DNA from: an uncultured Aminicenantes bacterium
Lineage (GTDB): Bacteria > Acidobacteriota > Aminicenantia > UBA2199
NCBI GenBank assembly: GCA_965195285.1
Contig: CBDAFS010000058.1
Coordinates: forward strand, 21,711 to 85,710
Reading direction: 5' to 3'
DNA length: 64,000 nucleotides
The translations under genes and the position numbers were made by a program. Shown piece after piece: positions 43,215 through 53,518 of this stretch. The stretch's first letter is position 1; each line of letters opens with the position of its first letter. The notes below the pieces were generated by a model. It saw nothing but the letters and a program-made list of their open reading frames with translations. It searched no databases and was not told the DNA's origin.

Positions 43215-44237
43215 ATGAGCGAGAGAAAGAAGCGAGTGGAATTAACGGTTAAACAGCATGTTGCTGGTGTGCTCTCCGGTGATCGAACCGTGCTGGCCAG
43301 AACCATTACCCTGATTGAGAGCAGTGCCCCGGAGCATTATGAAAAAGCCCGCCGGGTACTCAGGGTCCTGTTGCCTCATTCGGGGAAATCCCTTCGGATC
43401 GGGATCACCGGGGTGCCTGGTTCCGGGAAAAGCACTCTTATTGAAACTCTGGGGTGTTTTTTAATAGAGAAGGGTTTCAAAGTTGCGGTATTAACAGTGG
43501 ACCCCACCAGTGCCGTAACCAAAGGCAGCATTTTAGGAGACAAAACCCGGATGGAAAAATTGGCCCGGGAACAAAATGGTTTCATCCGGCCTTCCCCTTC
43601 CGGCAGTACCCTGGGCGGTGTTGCCCGCAGGAGTCGTGAAACCATTCTGGTATGTGAGGCAGCCGGTTACAACATCATCATGGTGGAAACAGTCGGAGTC
43701 GGGCAAAATGAAATAACCGTTCGCTCTATGGTTGACTTTTTTTTGCTGGTCCTTATAGCGGGTGCCGGTGATGAGTTGCAGAGTATAAAAAGGGGGATTG
43801 TTGAAATCGCCGATGCAATATTAATCAACAAGGCCGAAGGAGAAAACAGGCCTGCTGCCCTCAAAGCCAAAAATGAATACGGAATGGCATTAAAATGCCT
43901 GGCTCCGACCACACCGGGATGGCAAACCGACGCTTATACCTGTTCGGCCTTGACCGGAGAAGGAATCGGGGCCATATGGGAAACCATCAAAGGTTTTGAG
44001 AAAATTACCCGGAAATCAGGGATATTTGACGAACGTAGAAAGAAGCAGAGCCTGGATTGGGTATTTGGAATGGTCGAACATTTTTTAAAGGATCATTTTT
44101 TCAGCCATCCCTCTGTCCGAAAGGAACTTCCGTCTATCAAGAAAAAAATCCTGAACGGCAGTATACTTCCCACAACGGCTGCAGATCAACTCCTGAATTT
44201 GATTTTTTCAGAGGCCCCTGAGCCATTCGGGCCTTAA
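43215..44237 (+). CDS. meaB: Methylmalonyl-CoA mutase-associated GTPase
   Basis: GITG.PGSGKST, VDPTS..GSILGDKTRM, ETVGVGQ and NKA. Confidence 0.95.
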   Translation: MSERKKRVELTVKQHVAGVLSGDRTVLARTITLIESSAPEHYEKARRVLRVLLPHSGKSLRIGITGVPGSGKSTLIETLGCFLIEKGFKVAVLTVDPTSAVTKGSILGDKTRMEKLAREQNGFIRPSPSGSTLGGVARRSRETILVCEAAGYNIIMVETVGVGQNEITVRSMVDFFLLVLIAGAGDELQSIKRGIVEIADAILINKAEGENRPAALKAKNEYGMALKCLAPTTPGWQTDAYTCSALTGEGIGAIWETIKGFEKITRKSGIFDERRKKQSLDWVFGMVEHFLKDHFFSHPSVRKELPSIKKKILNGSILPTTAADQLLNLIFSEAPEPFGP

Positions 44238-45098
44238 ATCGGCTTTCCCGGGATCCCGAAAGGCATTTCTGATTTTTTCCAGAAAGTGATTTTTGTCCCG
44301 GGACAAAACCCCTTTTAGGGTCAGGTAATTGGAGGCATGGTCGCTGCGAAATATGGTTCTTTCCAGTTCAGTATGGCTCAGAAAAATATCCATTTCCCTC
44401 AGGGTATCCTCCAGAGTCAAGGGAATATAGGTGCCGGCAAATTTCTTTTTGTAGTGATTCAGGCCGTGAGGGAACATGAGCACCAGAGTTGATAAGTAAT
44501 CGGGCTGGGTAAGACTGACAATTTTTGCCGAATTGATGGCATGCGGTTCCAGAAATTTTTTCCCACCCAATCCGGTTAATATCATGACCGATGTCTTGAT
44601 TCCGGCCTGCTTGGCTTTCAGTAATCCCTTTCGGGTTGATTCAAAGGTTTCTCCCTTGTTTACCACTTTCAAAACCTCGTCATCTCCGGATTCGATTCCC
44701 AGGTATATCAATTTCAAACCATTTTTTTGTAATTGGTTGAGCTCCGAGGAGGATTTGGATAGTATGTCCTGAGGAAGTGCATAGGTTGAGATCCGGCTCA
44801 CTTCAGGAAATGCCCGGTTGATGTCGTTGAGAATATGTTGAAGCCTTCTGAATGAAAGCACCATGGCATTTCCATCAGCCAGGAATATCTTGCGTGCCTG
44901 GGGTAGAACCGTGGCGGCCTTGATAATTTCCTGCCTAATTACGGTTTCGCTTTTTGCCCTGAACTGTTTGTTAGGATACATTTCACAGAATCCGCACTGG
45001 TTCCATGAACATCCGAATGTGACCTGAAAAATCAAGGATCTGGCTTCGCTGGGTGGCCTGAATAAGGGCATATCGTAGTTGAGTGGGAAATAGTCCAT
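44208..45098 (-). CDS. Uncharacterised radical SAM protein
   Basis: FRPPSEA, GCSWNQCGFC (CxxxCxxC), FLADG, YLGIESG and FRSDHASNY. Confidence 0.88.
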   Translation of the reverse strand: MDYFPLNYDMPLFRPPSEARSLIFQVTFGCSWNQCGFCEMYPNKQFRAKSETVIRQEIIKAATVLPQARKIFLADGNAMVLSFRRLQHILNDINRAFPEVSRISTYALPQDILSKSSSELNQLQKNGLKLIYLGIESGDDEVLKVVNKGETFESTRKGLLKAKQAGIKTSVMILTGLGGKKFLEPHAINSAKIVSLTQPDYLSTLVLMFPHGLNHYKKKFAGTYIPLTLEDTLREMDIFLSHTELERTIFRSDHASNYLTLKGVLSRDKNHFLEKIRNAFRDPGKADLRPEWLRGL

Positions 45099-45113
45099 TT
45101 GGAATTTTTAAAA

Positions 45114-46400
45114 TTATTTTTTTAAATTATAAAATGTATTGATTCCCGGGTAAATAGCCGTATCCCCAAGTTCTTCCTCAATACGGAGTAACCGATTGTA
45201 CTTAGCGATGCGTTCACTTCTGGAAACCGAACCGGTTTTAATCTGACCGGTAGAAAGCCCAACTGCCAGATCGGCAATGAAGGTTTCCTCGGTTTCTCCT
45301 GAACGATGGGAAACAATGGTGGTGTAATTGTTCTTTTGGGCCAGTTTTACGGTTTCAATGGTTTCGGTTACGGTTCCAATCTGGTTTAACTTGATCAGAA
45401 TTGAATTGGTGATTTTTCGATCCAGTCCCTTCTGGAGCCTCTCGGTATTGGTGACAAAGAGGTCATCTCCCACCAGTTGAATTTGGTTACCCAGCTGGCG
45501 GGTTAAAATCTCCCAGCCATCCCAATCATCCTCAGCCAGCCCATCCTCTATGGAAATGATGGGATATTTCTGAACCAGTTCTTGATAAAAATCAACCATT
45601 TGGGCAGAATTCAGAATCTGTCCGGATGATTTTTTAAAAACATATTTTTCATTTTCGAAAAATTCAGTGGCGGCGGAGTCCAGAGCAATGAAAATCTGAT
45701 CACCGGGCAGGAATCCGGATTCCTCTATGGCCTTGATAATGACTTGAAGCGCCTCTTCATTGGATTTCAGGTTGGGAGCAAATCCCCCTTCATCGCCTAC
45801 AGAAGTGTTATGGCCCTCTCGTTTTAGAATCAATTTCAGGGTATGAAAAATTTCGGCACTCATACGGAGTGCCTCTGAAAAGGATGGGGCCTTTATCGGA
45901 ACGATCATGAATTCCTGAATATCGATACTGTTGTCGGCATGGGAGCCGCCATTGAGAATATTCAGCATGGGAACCGGTATCTCGACAGCGTTTATTCCCC
46001 CAATATACCGGTAAAGGGGCAAATCAGAGTATTGGGCTGCGGCCCGGGTAGCAGCCATGGAAACCGCCAGGGTAGAATTGGCTCCCAGCACTCCTTTGTT
46101 CCGGGTTCCGTCCAGTTCGCAGAGTATTTGGTCTATTCGCTTTTGATTGAGAACGTTTTCGCCGATAAGTACCGGAGTAATGATATCTTCAATATTTCGG
46201 ATTGCCTTTAATACTCCTTTTCCGTGGTATCTTTTACGGTCGCCATCTCTTAATTCTGTTGCTTCATGAACGCCGGTGGAAGCCCCGGAAGGAACGGAAG
46301 CCCTGGCTAAGATACCGCATTCGAGCTGGATGTCTACCTCAACGGTTGGATTCCCCCTGGAATCGAGTATTTCTCTCCCTTTGATATTTTGGATGTTCAT
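45114..46400 (-). CDS. eno: Enolase
   Basis: [34 protein letters not shown] and SHRSGET. Confidence 0.98.
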   Translation of the reverse strand: MNIQNIKGREILDSRGNPTVEVDIQLECGILARASVPSGASTGVHEATELRDGDRKRYHGKGVLKAIRNIEDIITPVLIGENVLNQKRIDQILCELDGTRNKGVLGANSTLAVSMAATRAAAQYSDLPLYRYIGGINAVEIPVPMLNILNGGSHADNSIDIQEFMIVPIKAPSFSEALRMSAEIFHTLKLILKREGHNTSVGDEGGFAPNLKSNEEALQVIIKAIEESGFLPGDQIFIALDSAATEFFENEKYVFKKSSGQILNSAQMVDFYQELVQKYPIISIEDGLAEDDWDGWEILTRQLGNQIQLVGDDLFVTNTERLQKGLDRKITNSILIKLNQIGTVTETIETVKLAQKNNYTTIVSHRSGETEETFIADLAVGLSTGQIKTGSVSRSERIAKYNRLLRIEEELGDTAIYPGINTFYNLKK

Positions 46401-46424
46401 TTTTTCAGAGACCGCTTATTGGTT

Positions 46425-46757
46425 TCAGTTGGAAGCTTTCTTTTTGGATGCCGCTTTTATTTCTTCCCGGACCTCTTTTTTGAGGCTATCCTTGGCACCA
46501 TCAATAAAGGATTTCATCTGACTGACTGCTTTTTCGGATGTTGTTTTTACCGTCTCTATGGCTTTTTGAGCTTCCTTGCTCATTTTTTCGTAATTTTCTT
46601 TCACATCATCAGACACTTTATCGCTTACTTTCTTGATTTTTTTTCGGGTTTCCTCCCCGGATTGAGGGGCGAACAAAAGTGCCAAACCGGCTCCTATGGC
46701 AATACCGGTTAAAAAAGTAACAAAAGTTCCAAATGCGGAATGACGTTCATCAGACAT
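46425..46757 (-). CDS. YtxH-domain protein
   Basis: FLTG..IGA..ALLFAPQSGEETR followed by a charged helix. Confidence 0.88.
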   Translation of the reverse strand: MSDERHSAFGTFVTFLTGIAIGAGLALLFAPQSGEETRKKIKKVSDKVSDDVKENYEKMSKEAQKAIETVKTTSEKAVSQMKSFIDGAKDSLKKEVREEIKAASKKKASN

Positions 46758-47129
46758 TTATCTCTTACCTCCTTTTATTTTTCTGATCATATTCCAGCCG
46801 AATTTCATGGCCGGCAACAAGGCAAAAATCCCGGCTGATTGTTTCAATACATTCTTATTTAAGTATCTCAATGATTTTGAAGCCGTTTCAACCGTGTCTT
46901 TTGAAAAGTCCAGAATGGAATCGACCTTTTCGATATCTTGATTCACCTTTTCGCTGACTTCTTTTAATTTTGAAACCAGATCACGGGCTTCTGCAGATGT
47001 TTTCTGCAGATCGGACAGCAGGTATTTCAATTCATTTATTGCCGGAACCAGGCTGAAAACCAGTAACAAGAACCCCACAGATAAAATAATAGCAACGACA
47101 ATAATAACCACAAGAATCGGTGTGCTCAT
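46758..47129 (-). CDS. DUF948/YtxG-like membrane-anchored coiled-coil protein
   Basis: N-terminal TM plus coiled coil, directly upstream of the YtxH gene. Confidence 0.75.
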   Translation of the reverse strand: MSTPILVVIIVVAIILSVGFLLLVFSLVPAINELKYLLSDLQKTSAEARDLVSKLKEVSEKVNQDIEKVDSILDFSKDTVETASKSLRYLNKNVLKQSAGIFALLPAMKFGWNMIRKIKGGKR

Positions 47130-47182
47130 TTTTACTCCCTTGAGATATTATAATATACCCTGTTCTTATGTCAACTAAAATC

Positions 47183-48049
47183 TTATTTTTTTATTTTTCG
47201 GATTGTATTTTCCAGGTCTTTTTGGTCGTTGAAAAAAAGCGTTAATTGAAGCTGTTTTTTTTCAAAAAAATCAGCATGTTTAATTTGAATCTGTTTGGAT
47301 AACTTCAGAGTCTTCACCCATTTTTCCCAGTTTTTTTTGGTTTTTGAATATGCGGGAAACCGCATGGTGAATATTGTTTTCAGGATTTCTTTTTGTGGCA
47401 TTTCCATTTTCAGGAACCGATTGATATCGGCTCGATTGAGAATATTCTTTATGGTACTTTTGTCACGAAATATCATTTCTTCCAGCATATCCAGTAATGC
47501 CTGTTGATGGCTGCTTGAGAAAGGAATCCGATCAAACAGTTGAATGACGGTGATTCGGTCCGATCCGGTCAGGTTCAAAATTCTGAGAGCGCTTTTTAGA
47601 TTGACCCGGTCTTTTATCAGCAAGGTTTTTAAATCCTCACCGGTGAGTGATTCCAGGTTGTCTATCAATTCCTTGGTAACCGGGATATCCAGGCGGGTCC
47701 GGTGATGGATTTCACTCAGACTGGAAATCGGAATGGTTTTTTTCAGAAAACACAATTTTTCGAATGGGTTCAATCCGAACAATTTTTCCTTGAGATTGTA
47801 ATTCAGGAAAAGTCCATCCTTCAACGAAATACCGGTTTCAAAGACCATTGTTTCCTTTTCCCCCTGTGACTTGAGGAAATGATAGGCATCAATGCCAAAA
47901 ATAATAACCCGGTACGGATTCATGATAATGGCCGGGAATCCGGGGAATTGCAGGGCAAAGCTTTTGAATATTTCCGGCCTAACCGGGAAGGAGAGTGAAT
48001 AAGTGTCATTTGCTTTTAAACTGGATAACCGAATCTTTTTTATTTTCAT
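47183..48049 (-). CDS. Hypothetical protein, degenerate ParB/Srx-like N-terminus
   Basis: KIRLSSL....P.I.....IIFG....LK..G and LNPFEK pattern; arginine patch is absent. Confidence 0.5.
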   Translation of the reverse strand: MKIKKIRLSSLKANDTYSLSFPVRPEIFKSFALQFPGFPAIIMNPYRVIIFGIDAYHFLKSQGEKETMVFETGISLKDGLFLNYNLKEKLFGLNPFEKLCFLKKTIPISSLSEIHHRTRLDIPVTKELIDNLESLTGEDLKTLLIKDRVNLKSALRILNLTGSDRITVIQLFDRIPFSSSHQQALLDMLEEMIFRDKSTIKNILNRADINRFLKMEMPQKEILKTIFTMRFPAYSKTKKNWEKWVKTLKLSKQIQIKHADFFEKKQLQLTLFFNDQKDLENTIRKIKK

Positions 48050-48057
48050 TCCCGGTC

Positions 48058-49134
48058 CTATTCTTCCAGCTTTACATCCAGCCCTTTCCCGATATTGATG
48101 ATGTATGGAGTGCCACCCGAACTTTTTATGGCCTCGGCAACTTGCTGTTGCCTACCGGGACAGAAGGCAAACATACATCCTCCCTCACCGGATCCATTGA
48201 TTTTGGCAGCCAGGGCTCCGGCTTTCATTGATGATTCGATCATGTTTTCGATTTTGGGAGTTGATATATTCAAGTCATTCCTTAATACTTCATGGTGTTG
48301 GTTCATCAAAGAGGCAAGTTTGATGGGGTCCGGTGGAATCTTCTGAAGTTCCTCTCGGGCTTGAGCAGTGATGTGACGGTTTTTCAGAACCCCTCTCAGA
48401 TATGGGCGATATTCAGCGGATACCCGGTTAAAATAGGGCTGGGCCTCGTCGTAATTGATCTGGAAACCATCAGATTCAAGAAATTGTTTGAGTGCTTTTA
48501 ACCCGTTCTCCTGACCGGTTCTAATCCTTTTCAGGGTTTTCTGGGTATTTTTGGGTTGAAGGGAGTCTCCCAGAACGAATTTTTTCACACCCGGAGGAAG
48601 TGAAGTGGTCCTTATCGGATCATGAAAATCAATATGGACTATGCCTCCTATCGCGGAGCAGTATTGATCCATTCTGCCTCCGCTTTCACCGAATTCCTCC
48701 ACCTCGGCCAGATAGGCCAGTTCACCGATTTGTTCCGTTGAAATGACATTCGAACTGCCCATACCGGATATCCTGAGCAGAAATCCGATCCAGGCCACAA
48801 CCAGGGCGGACGAGGAGGAAGTCCCGGCCTGTATGGGAATATTGCTGTAGACACGGCCATGGATTTTCTTTTTCTGGAATAGCCTTTGGTTTTTTAAAAC
48901 TTTTATGGCCGACTTAAAATAATCCTTTTTCCGGGTATAGGCAAAATGCTCTGTAGAAAAACGGATGGTCTCGTTCAGGTCAGATAATTCGAGCATGATC
49001 TCAGCCCCTTCGCTGACCTGACCTTCGATGGTTATCCGGAGATCAATGGCAGCGGCAATGACCGGGAAACCCATGTAATCCTGGTGTTCTCCATAGAGAC
49101 ATATTCTGCCTGGGGCTGAACTTCTTATTTTCAT
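48058..49134 (-). CDS. GHMP-family sugar kinase (galactokinase-like)
   Basis: APGRICLYGEHQDY, IPIQAGTSSSSA, GRMDQ and KINGSGEGG. Confidence 0.9.
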   Translation of the reverse strand: MKIRSSAPGRICLYGEHQDYMGFPVIAAAIDLRITIEGQVSEGAEIMLELSDLNETIRFSTEHFAYTRKKDYFKSAIKVLKNQRLFQKKKIHGRVYSNIPIQAGTSSSSALVVAWIGFLLRISGMGSSNVISTEQIGELAYLAEVEEFGESGGRMDQYCSAIGGIVHIDFHDPIRTTSLPPGVKKFVLGDSLQPKNTQKTLKRIRTGQENGLKALKQFLESDGFQINYDEAQPYFNRVSAEYRPYLRGVLKNRHITAQAREELQKIPPDPIKLASLMNQHHEVLRNDLNISTPKIENMIESSMKAGALAAKINGSGEGGCMFAFCPGRQQQVAEAIKSSGGTPYIINIGKGLDVKLEE

Positions 49135-49156
49135 TTACCCCCTCTCCGGGTGATCT

Positions 49157-50131
49157 CTATGCTTCCCTGATACGCTTCTCGAAAACGATGACACTATTGT
49201 CCGGAATGGTAACCCCTTTCAGATAGACAAATGGCCCGATCTGACAATTTTTTCCAATGCGAGTTCCGGCAGCAATATAAGTGGAGGGGAAGACAATGGT
49301 ATCCCTGCCAATTTCGACATTGTATTCAATGGTAACCGTTTCAGGCTGGAAAATGGTGATGCCCTGTTCCAAGGAGAGTTTTTTTTGATTTCTTTCATTC
49401 AATTTTTTCTGGGCGGTCTGGATTTCCCATCGATCGTTTATTCCGATGGAATCCAGGTAGTCATCGGCAGTTACGGTGTTGATTTTCAAATTCCGTGCTT
49501 TCAGTATGGCAATAATATCAGTCAAATAATATTCATTTTTATGGTTGTCGTTATTAATTTCGGACAAAAGGGGAAAAACAATCTGGTTATCGAACATATA
49601 AATCGATGAATTGACTTCTCTGATTTTCAATTGATCCGGACTGGCATCTTTTTCTTCGATCACTCCGATAACTTCCCGGTTCTGATCCCTGATGATGCGA
49701 CCGTAGGGAGGGGGGGGATGGGGAAATGTGGCGGAAATTAAGGTGCATGGGCAACCGGATTTTTGATGCTGATTCAGGAGCTTGCTGATTTCCTCGGGAG
49801 TGATATAGGGGTTGTCTCCGACCGTAACCAGCAGGTCACCCCTGAAAGGGGTGAGGTGGTCTCTGGCGCTGAGAACCGCATGGGCGGTACCCAGGGGCTT
49901 GTCTTGAATGGCATACTGGATATTTCGGTTGATTGCCTTCTTGATTTGCTGATTTTCTGGCCCTACTATCAGTATGATATCCTCCTGACTGATTCCGCTT
50001 CCGGTAATGCTGTCCAGCAGGTGGTTGATGATTTCTTTTCCCAGAATTTTATGTAAGACTTTTGAATTACCGGATTTCATTCTTTTGGATTTCCCAGCTG
50101 CCAGTATAAGGGCTTTTACAGGTTTTTTCAT
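49157..50131 (-). CDS. GlmU-like sugar-1-phosphate nucleotidyltransferase with truncated LbH domain
   Basis: LAAGKSKRMKS..KVLH, Q..PLGTAHA, YGRIIR, EEKDA and EYYLTD; ends at 324 aa after a few hexapeptide turns. Confidence 0.85.
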   Translation of the reverse strand: MKKPVKALILAAGKSKRMKSGNSKVLHKILGKEIINHLLDSITGSGISQEDIILIVGPENQQIKKAINRNIQYAIQDKPLGTAHAVLSARDHLTPFRGDLLVTVGDNPYITPEEISKLLNQHQKSGCPCTLISATFPHPPPPYGRIIRDQNREVIGVIEEKDASPDQLKIREVNSSIYMFDNQIVFPLLSEINNDNHKNEYYLTDIIAILKARNLKINTVTADDYLDSIGINDRWEIQTAQKKLNERNQKKLSLEQGITIFQPETVTIEYNVEIGRDTIVFPSTYIAAGTRIGKNCQIGPFVYLKGVTIPDNSVIVFEKRIREA

Positions 50132-50320
50132 TTTTTTATTTTAATTGTATTGCCTTTCATTGTCAATCATAAGTTGAGGGGAATCGGAGCGAATATTTCT
50201 GAAAAAAGGAAAATCACTTGGTTTTTTTATTTTGAAAAATATGGTATGATTAGATGTCCCCAAATACTGCAATTTTGGATTATAAAATACAGATTTTGGT
50301 GAGAGCAACAGGAGGTTAAA

Positions 50321-51343
50321 ATGAAAAAACTTTTTGGAGTGTTGACCACTTTGGTAATAATTTTTGGATTGTTGGGCTTTTCGGGTTGCGGTAAGAGTAC
50401 CACGGCGGATCTATCCGGGGCAAAAGATTTACTTGCCTTCATTCCGGAGAATGCCACCGGCGTGTTTACCATCAATTTGAAAAAAATCACCCGAATGGAT
50501 GTTTTCAAGGAACAATTGGAAAAGTCTCTGACAGAGCCTGGGATGAAGGAAAAGGAATTTTTCCAGAATTACCAGGAGTTTATCGAAAAAACCGGAGTAG
50601 ATCCTGAAAAGGATATCGATACGATGGTTATTGCCATGTTCAAGTCATTTAATATGAAAATGGATTCTAATAAAGATGTTGCGGGAATAATCAGTTTAAA
50701 TTACGACAAAGATAAAGTATTGAATTTCATCAAAGAAAAAACCGGTGAATATACCGCTGAATCCCATGGAGATCAGACAATATACAATTTTTCTTCTTCC
50801 GAGAATAATACTGTTTCATTGTCCTTTTTAGACAATAAACTCATCACTTTCGGAGAAAGTGCCTATGTAAAAGGCATTATTGATTTAAAGCAGAAGGGCG
50901 GCAAGAGCCTTCTGGACAATGTCAAATTGAAACCCTATATCAATGAGTTTCAGTCGGGAAGGGTTATTCATTTTGTGTTTGGATTTCCCGAGAAACTAAA
51001 GGAGAGCCAGCCTCAGGGCACTCCATTCAAAGTTGATTTGAGCAAGGCCGAGACATTGATGGGTTTTATTGACCATGAGAACCAGGCCTGGAGTGGGGAA
51101 ATAAGGCTTATTTCCCCTGATGAGGAATCCAATAAGCAAATTGTAAATCTGCTGAATGGGTTAAAAGGCATGGCCGCACTGGCCGGACCTGAAGTGTCCG
51201 AACTGGTCAGTAATATCAATTTAACCTCATCTGTTGAGGATATAAAGTTGACATTTTCCCTGACCGATGAGTTGTTGAAAAAATTGCAGGCCAAAGCCAA
51301 GGAGAAAGCGTCCGGATTTATGCAACAATCTAAAGTTGAATAA
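50321..51343 (+). CDS. Lipoprotein of unknown function
   Basis: MKK, hydrophobic stretch and FSGC lipobox; AGGAGG SD site. Confidence 0.8.
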   Translation: MKKLFGVLTTLVIIFGLLGFSGCGKSTTADLSGAKDLLAFIPENATGVFTINLKKITRMDVFKEQLEKSLTEPGMKEKEFFQNYQEFIEKTGVDPEKDIDTMVIAMFKSFNMKMDSNKDVAGIISLNYDKDKVLNFIKEKTGEYTAESHGDQTIYNFSSSENNTVSLSFLDNKLITFGESAYVKGIIDLKQKGGKSLLDNVKLKPYINEFQSGRVIHFVFGFPEKLKESQPQGTPFKVDLSKAETLMGFIDHENQAWSGEIRLISPDEESNKQIVNLLNGLKGMAALAGPEVSELVSNINLTSSVEDIKLTFSLTDELLKKLQAKAKEKASGFMQQSKVE

Positions 51344-51432
51344 AAACAGTGTTCTGTTTTATGAATTGAAAATTGATATGTATTGTGTTATAAAATAGAA
51401 TTAAGTTTCAAAATAAAAAAAGGAGAATTAAG

Positions 51433-51768
51433 ATGAAGATTGAGAAAAGGAAGAATCGCGATGTCATGATTTTTGATTTGAAAGGAAAGATTCTCATCGG
51501 TGATGGAATTGATGAGCTAAGAGAAGCTATAAATGACTCTATTAAAGCGAATGAAAAAAAATTAATTCTTAATTTTAACCAGGTTCCTTACCTGGATTCA
51601 ACCGGTCTCGGTGAAGTAGTCAGATCCTATACCACTCTCAAGAAAGAAGGGGGCATGGTTAAAATAATAAATTTAACTCAAAAAGTTCATGACCTGTTGT
51701 CCGTAACCAAATTGATTACCGTTTTTGAAACTTTTGAGGACGAAGACAAGGCCGTCAACAGCTTTTGA
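51433..51768 (+). CDS. STAS-domain anti-sigma factor antagonist
   Basis: V.YLDSTGLG phospho-Ser motif, LL.VTKL..VF and AGGAG SD site. Confidence 0.92.
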   Translation: MKIEKRKNRDVMIFDLKGKILIGDGIDELREAINDSIKANEKKLILNFNQVPYLDSTGLGEVVRSYTTLKKEGGMVKIINLTQKVHDLLSVTKLITVFETFEDEDKAVNSF

Positions 51769-51784
51769 TATTATCACTTTTTGA

Positions 51785-53518
51785 GTGAAAAAAAATATAA
51801 ATTATTTTTTTATTTTTTTACTCCTTTTTTTATTTTTTTCTTCATTGGCCATTGATCAGCGCAAGCGGATGAACTGGCGGTTCTATGGCGATGAGGGCTC
51901 CTATTTTGCCATTACCCAGAGTCTGGCCTATGATTTTGATTTAAAATATACCCGGAACGATATTATTCGAATATATGAACGGTTTGAACGAGGACCGGAA
52001 GGGCTCTTTTTGAAAAAAGGCCCCAAAGGTGAACTCAGCTATGCCAAATCATTTGCTTATCCCCTGTTTGCGGCTCCTTTTTTCAGGATTTTTGATGTTT
52101 CAGGTCTGTTTTTATTCAACGGCCTGATGATGTTTCTGACCATCCTGATGGGATATTTACTGCTCAACCAGTACCATCCGCCCGGAAAAAGCCTGGCCTT
52201 TACCCTGATATTCATACTGGCCACGGTATTACCGGTTTATATGTCTTGGTTAACCTCTGATTTGTTCAACTTTTTCATCATTTTTGCCGGTTTGTTTTTC
52301 TTCTTTTATCACTTCAAGAGGCCTGAATGGTTTTACCTTTCTGCATTATTTTTTGCAACCGCAGTTTTTTCCAAGGCAACCCCGGTGATTCCCATTGGAA
52401 TTCTTTATTTGATTTTACTGTATAGAAAGCAATGGAAAAAATTTCTGATCTTGACCTTCATATCCATTTTAATTTGTGCTGGATATTTTATGTTTAATTT
52501 CCTCCAGACCGGTGATTTCAATTTCATGGGAGGGGAGCGCAGAAGTTTTTATCAGCAATTTCCATTTGAAAAACCGGGCTATGGTTTCAGCCACGGCCAA
52601 AAAATGAGTACCGATGATTACTGGCAGAGGTTCTACTTTTCTCCCCAGATTACCATAACCAACTTATTCTATTATTTTTTTGGACGTTTCACTGGAATGT
52701 TCATCTATTTCTTTTCCGCTTTTTTCATTTTGATCCTTTTCTTCTTCCAGCGAAAAGTGATTGATGACTGGATCATACTGGTAGCCATATTTTTATCCAT
52801 TCTGGTTTTTACCATACTGGCCCCGGATAATTATTTTGGGGGGAGCGGTTCGGTTGGGAACCGGTATTTTTTAATTATTTTACCCTTCTTCTTTTTCCTG
52901 GGATTCAAGAACCGGATTTTTAAATTTTCTCTGACGCCCCTGGTAGCTGCCCTGATTTTGCTTCCGTCGGTTTTATTATACAGCTTGCACCGTCCTGATC
53001 CCTGCCGTTATGCCGGACTTTCGTTTCCCATCCGGTTATTCCCTGCCGAAAAAACCCAGTTCCTGAATCTTCAAACCAATGAAAATCCCTTTGCTTTTCA
53101 CAATTTTATTCGGGTGGGAGATCAAAAATACTGGCTCTTTTTTATAAACGATAATTTCTGGCCGATCGAGACCACTCCCAGAGAGAGAAATTCTTTCTGG
53201 ACCTATGCCGACAAAGAACTGGAGATGATTATCGCGGTTCCGGGAAAAGTGAAGGAATTTGATATTGAGTTAACCAATATTCCTGAGAAAAATAAAATCA
53301 CGCTTCAGATTGAATATGCGAAAAGGGAAGTCACTTTGGCCCCCAATGAAAAAAAGATTGTGAGGTTTAAAGGGATTCGTACCCTGAAAATTCAGAATCG
53401 ATATATTTTTCTTATAAAGATAAAGAGTGAAAAATCATATTGTTATTACCTGAATGATTCTCAGAGCAATGACCGGCGAATAGTCGGGGTTAAAACGCAT
53501 ATACGGCTTGATTATTAA
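51785..53518 (+). CDS. Multi-pass membrane protein, probable GT-C-fold glycosyltransferase
   Basis: N-terminal TM followed by GDEGSY (DE motif), about 11 TMs, GNRYFL and a C-terminal soluble domain. Confidence 0.6.
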   Translation: MKKNINYFFIFLLLFLFFSSLAIDQRKRMNWRFYGDEGSYFAITQSLAYDFDLKYTRNDIIRIYERFERGPEGLFLKKGPKGELSYAKSFAYPLFAAPFFRIFDVSGLFLFNGLMMFLTILMGYLLLNQYHPPGKSLAFTLIFILATVLPVYMSWLTSDLFNFFIIFAGLFFFFYHFKRPEWFYLSALFFATAVFSKATPVIPIGILYLILLYRKQWKKFLILTFISILICAGYFMFNFLQTGDFNFMGGERRSFYQQFPFEKPGYGFSHGQKMSTDDYWQRFYFSPQITITNLFYYFFGRFTGMFIYFFSAFFILILFFFQRKVIDDWIILVAIFLSILVFTILAPDNYFGGSGSVGNRYFLIILPFFFFLGFKNRIFKFSLTPLVAALILLPSVLLYSLHRPDPCRYAGLSFPIRLFPAEKTQFLNLQTNENPFAFHNFIRVGDQKYWLFFINDNFWPIETTPRERNSFWTYADKELEMIIAVPGKVKEFDIELTNIPEKNKITLQIEYAKREVTLAPNEKKIVRFKGIRTLKIQNRYIFLIKIKSEKSYCYYLNDSQSNDRRIVGVKTHIRLDY

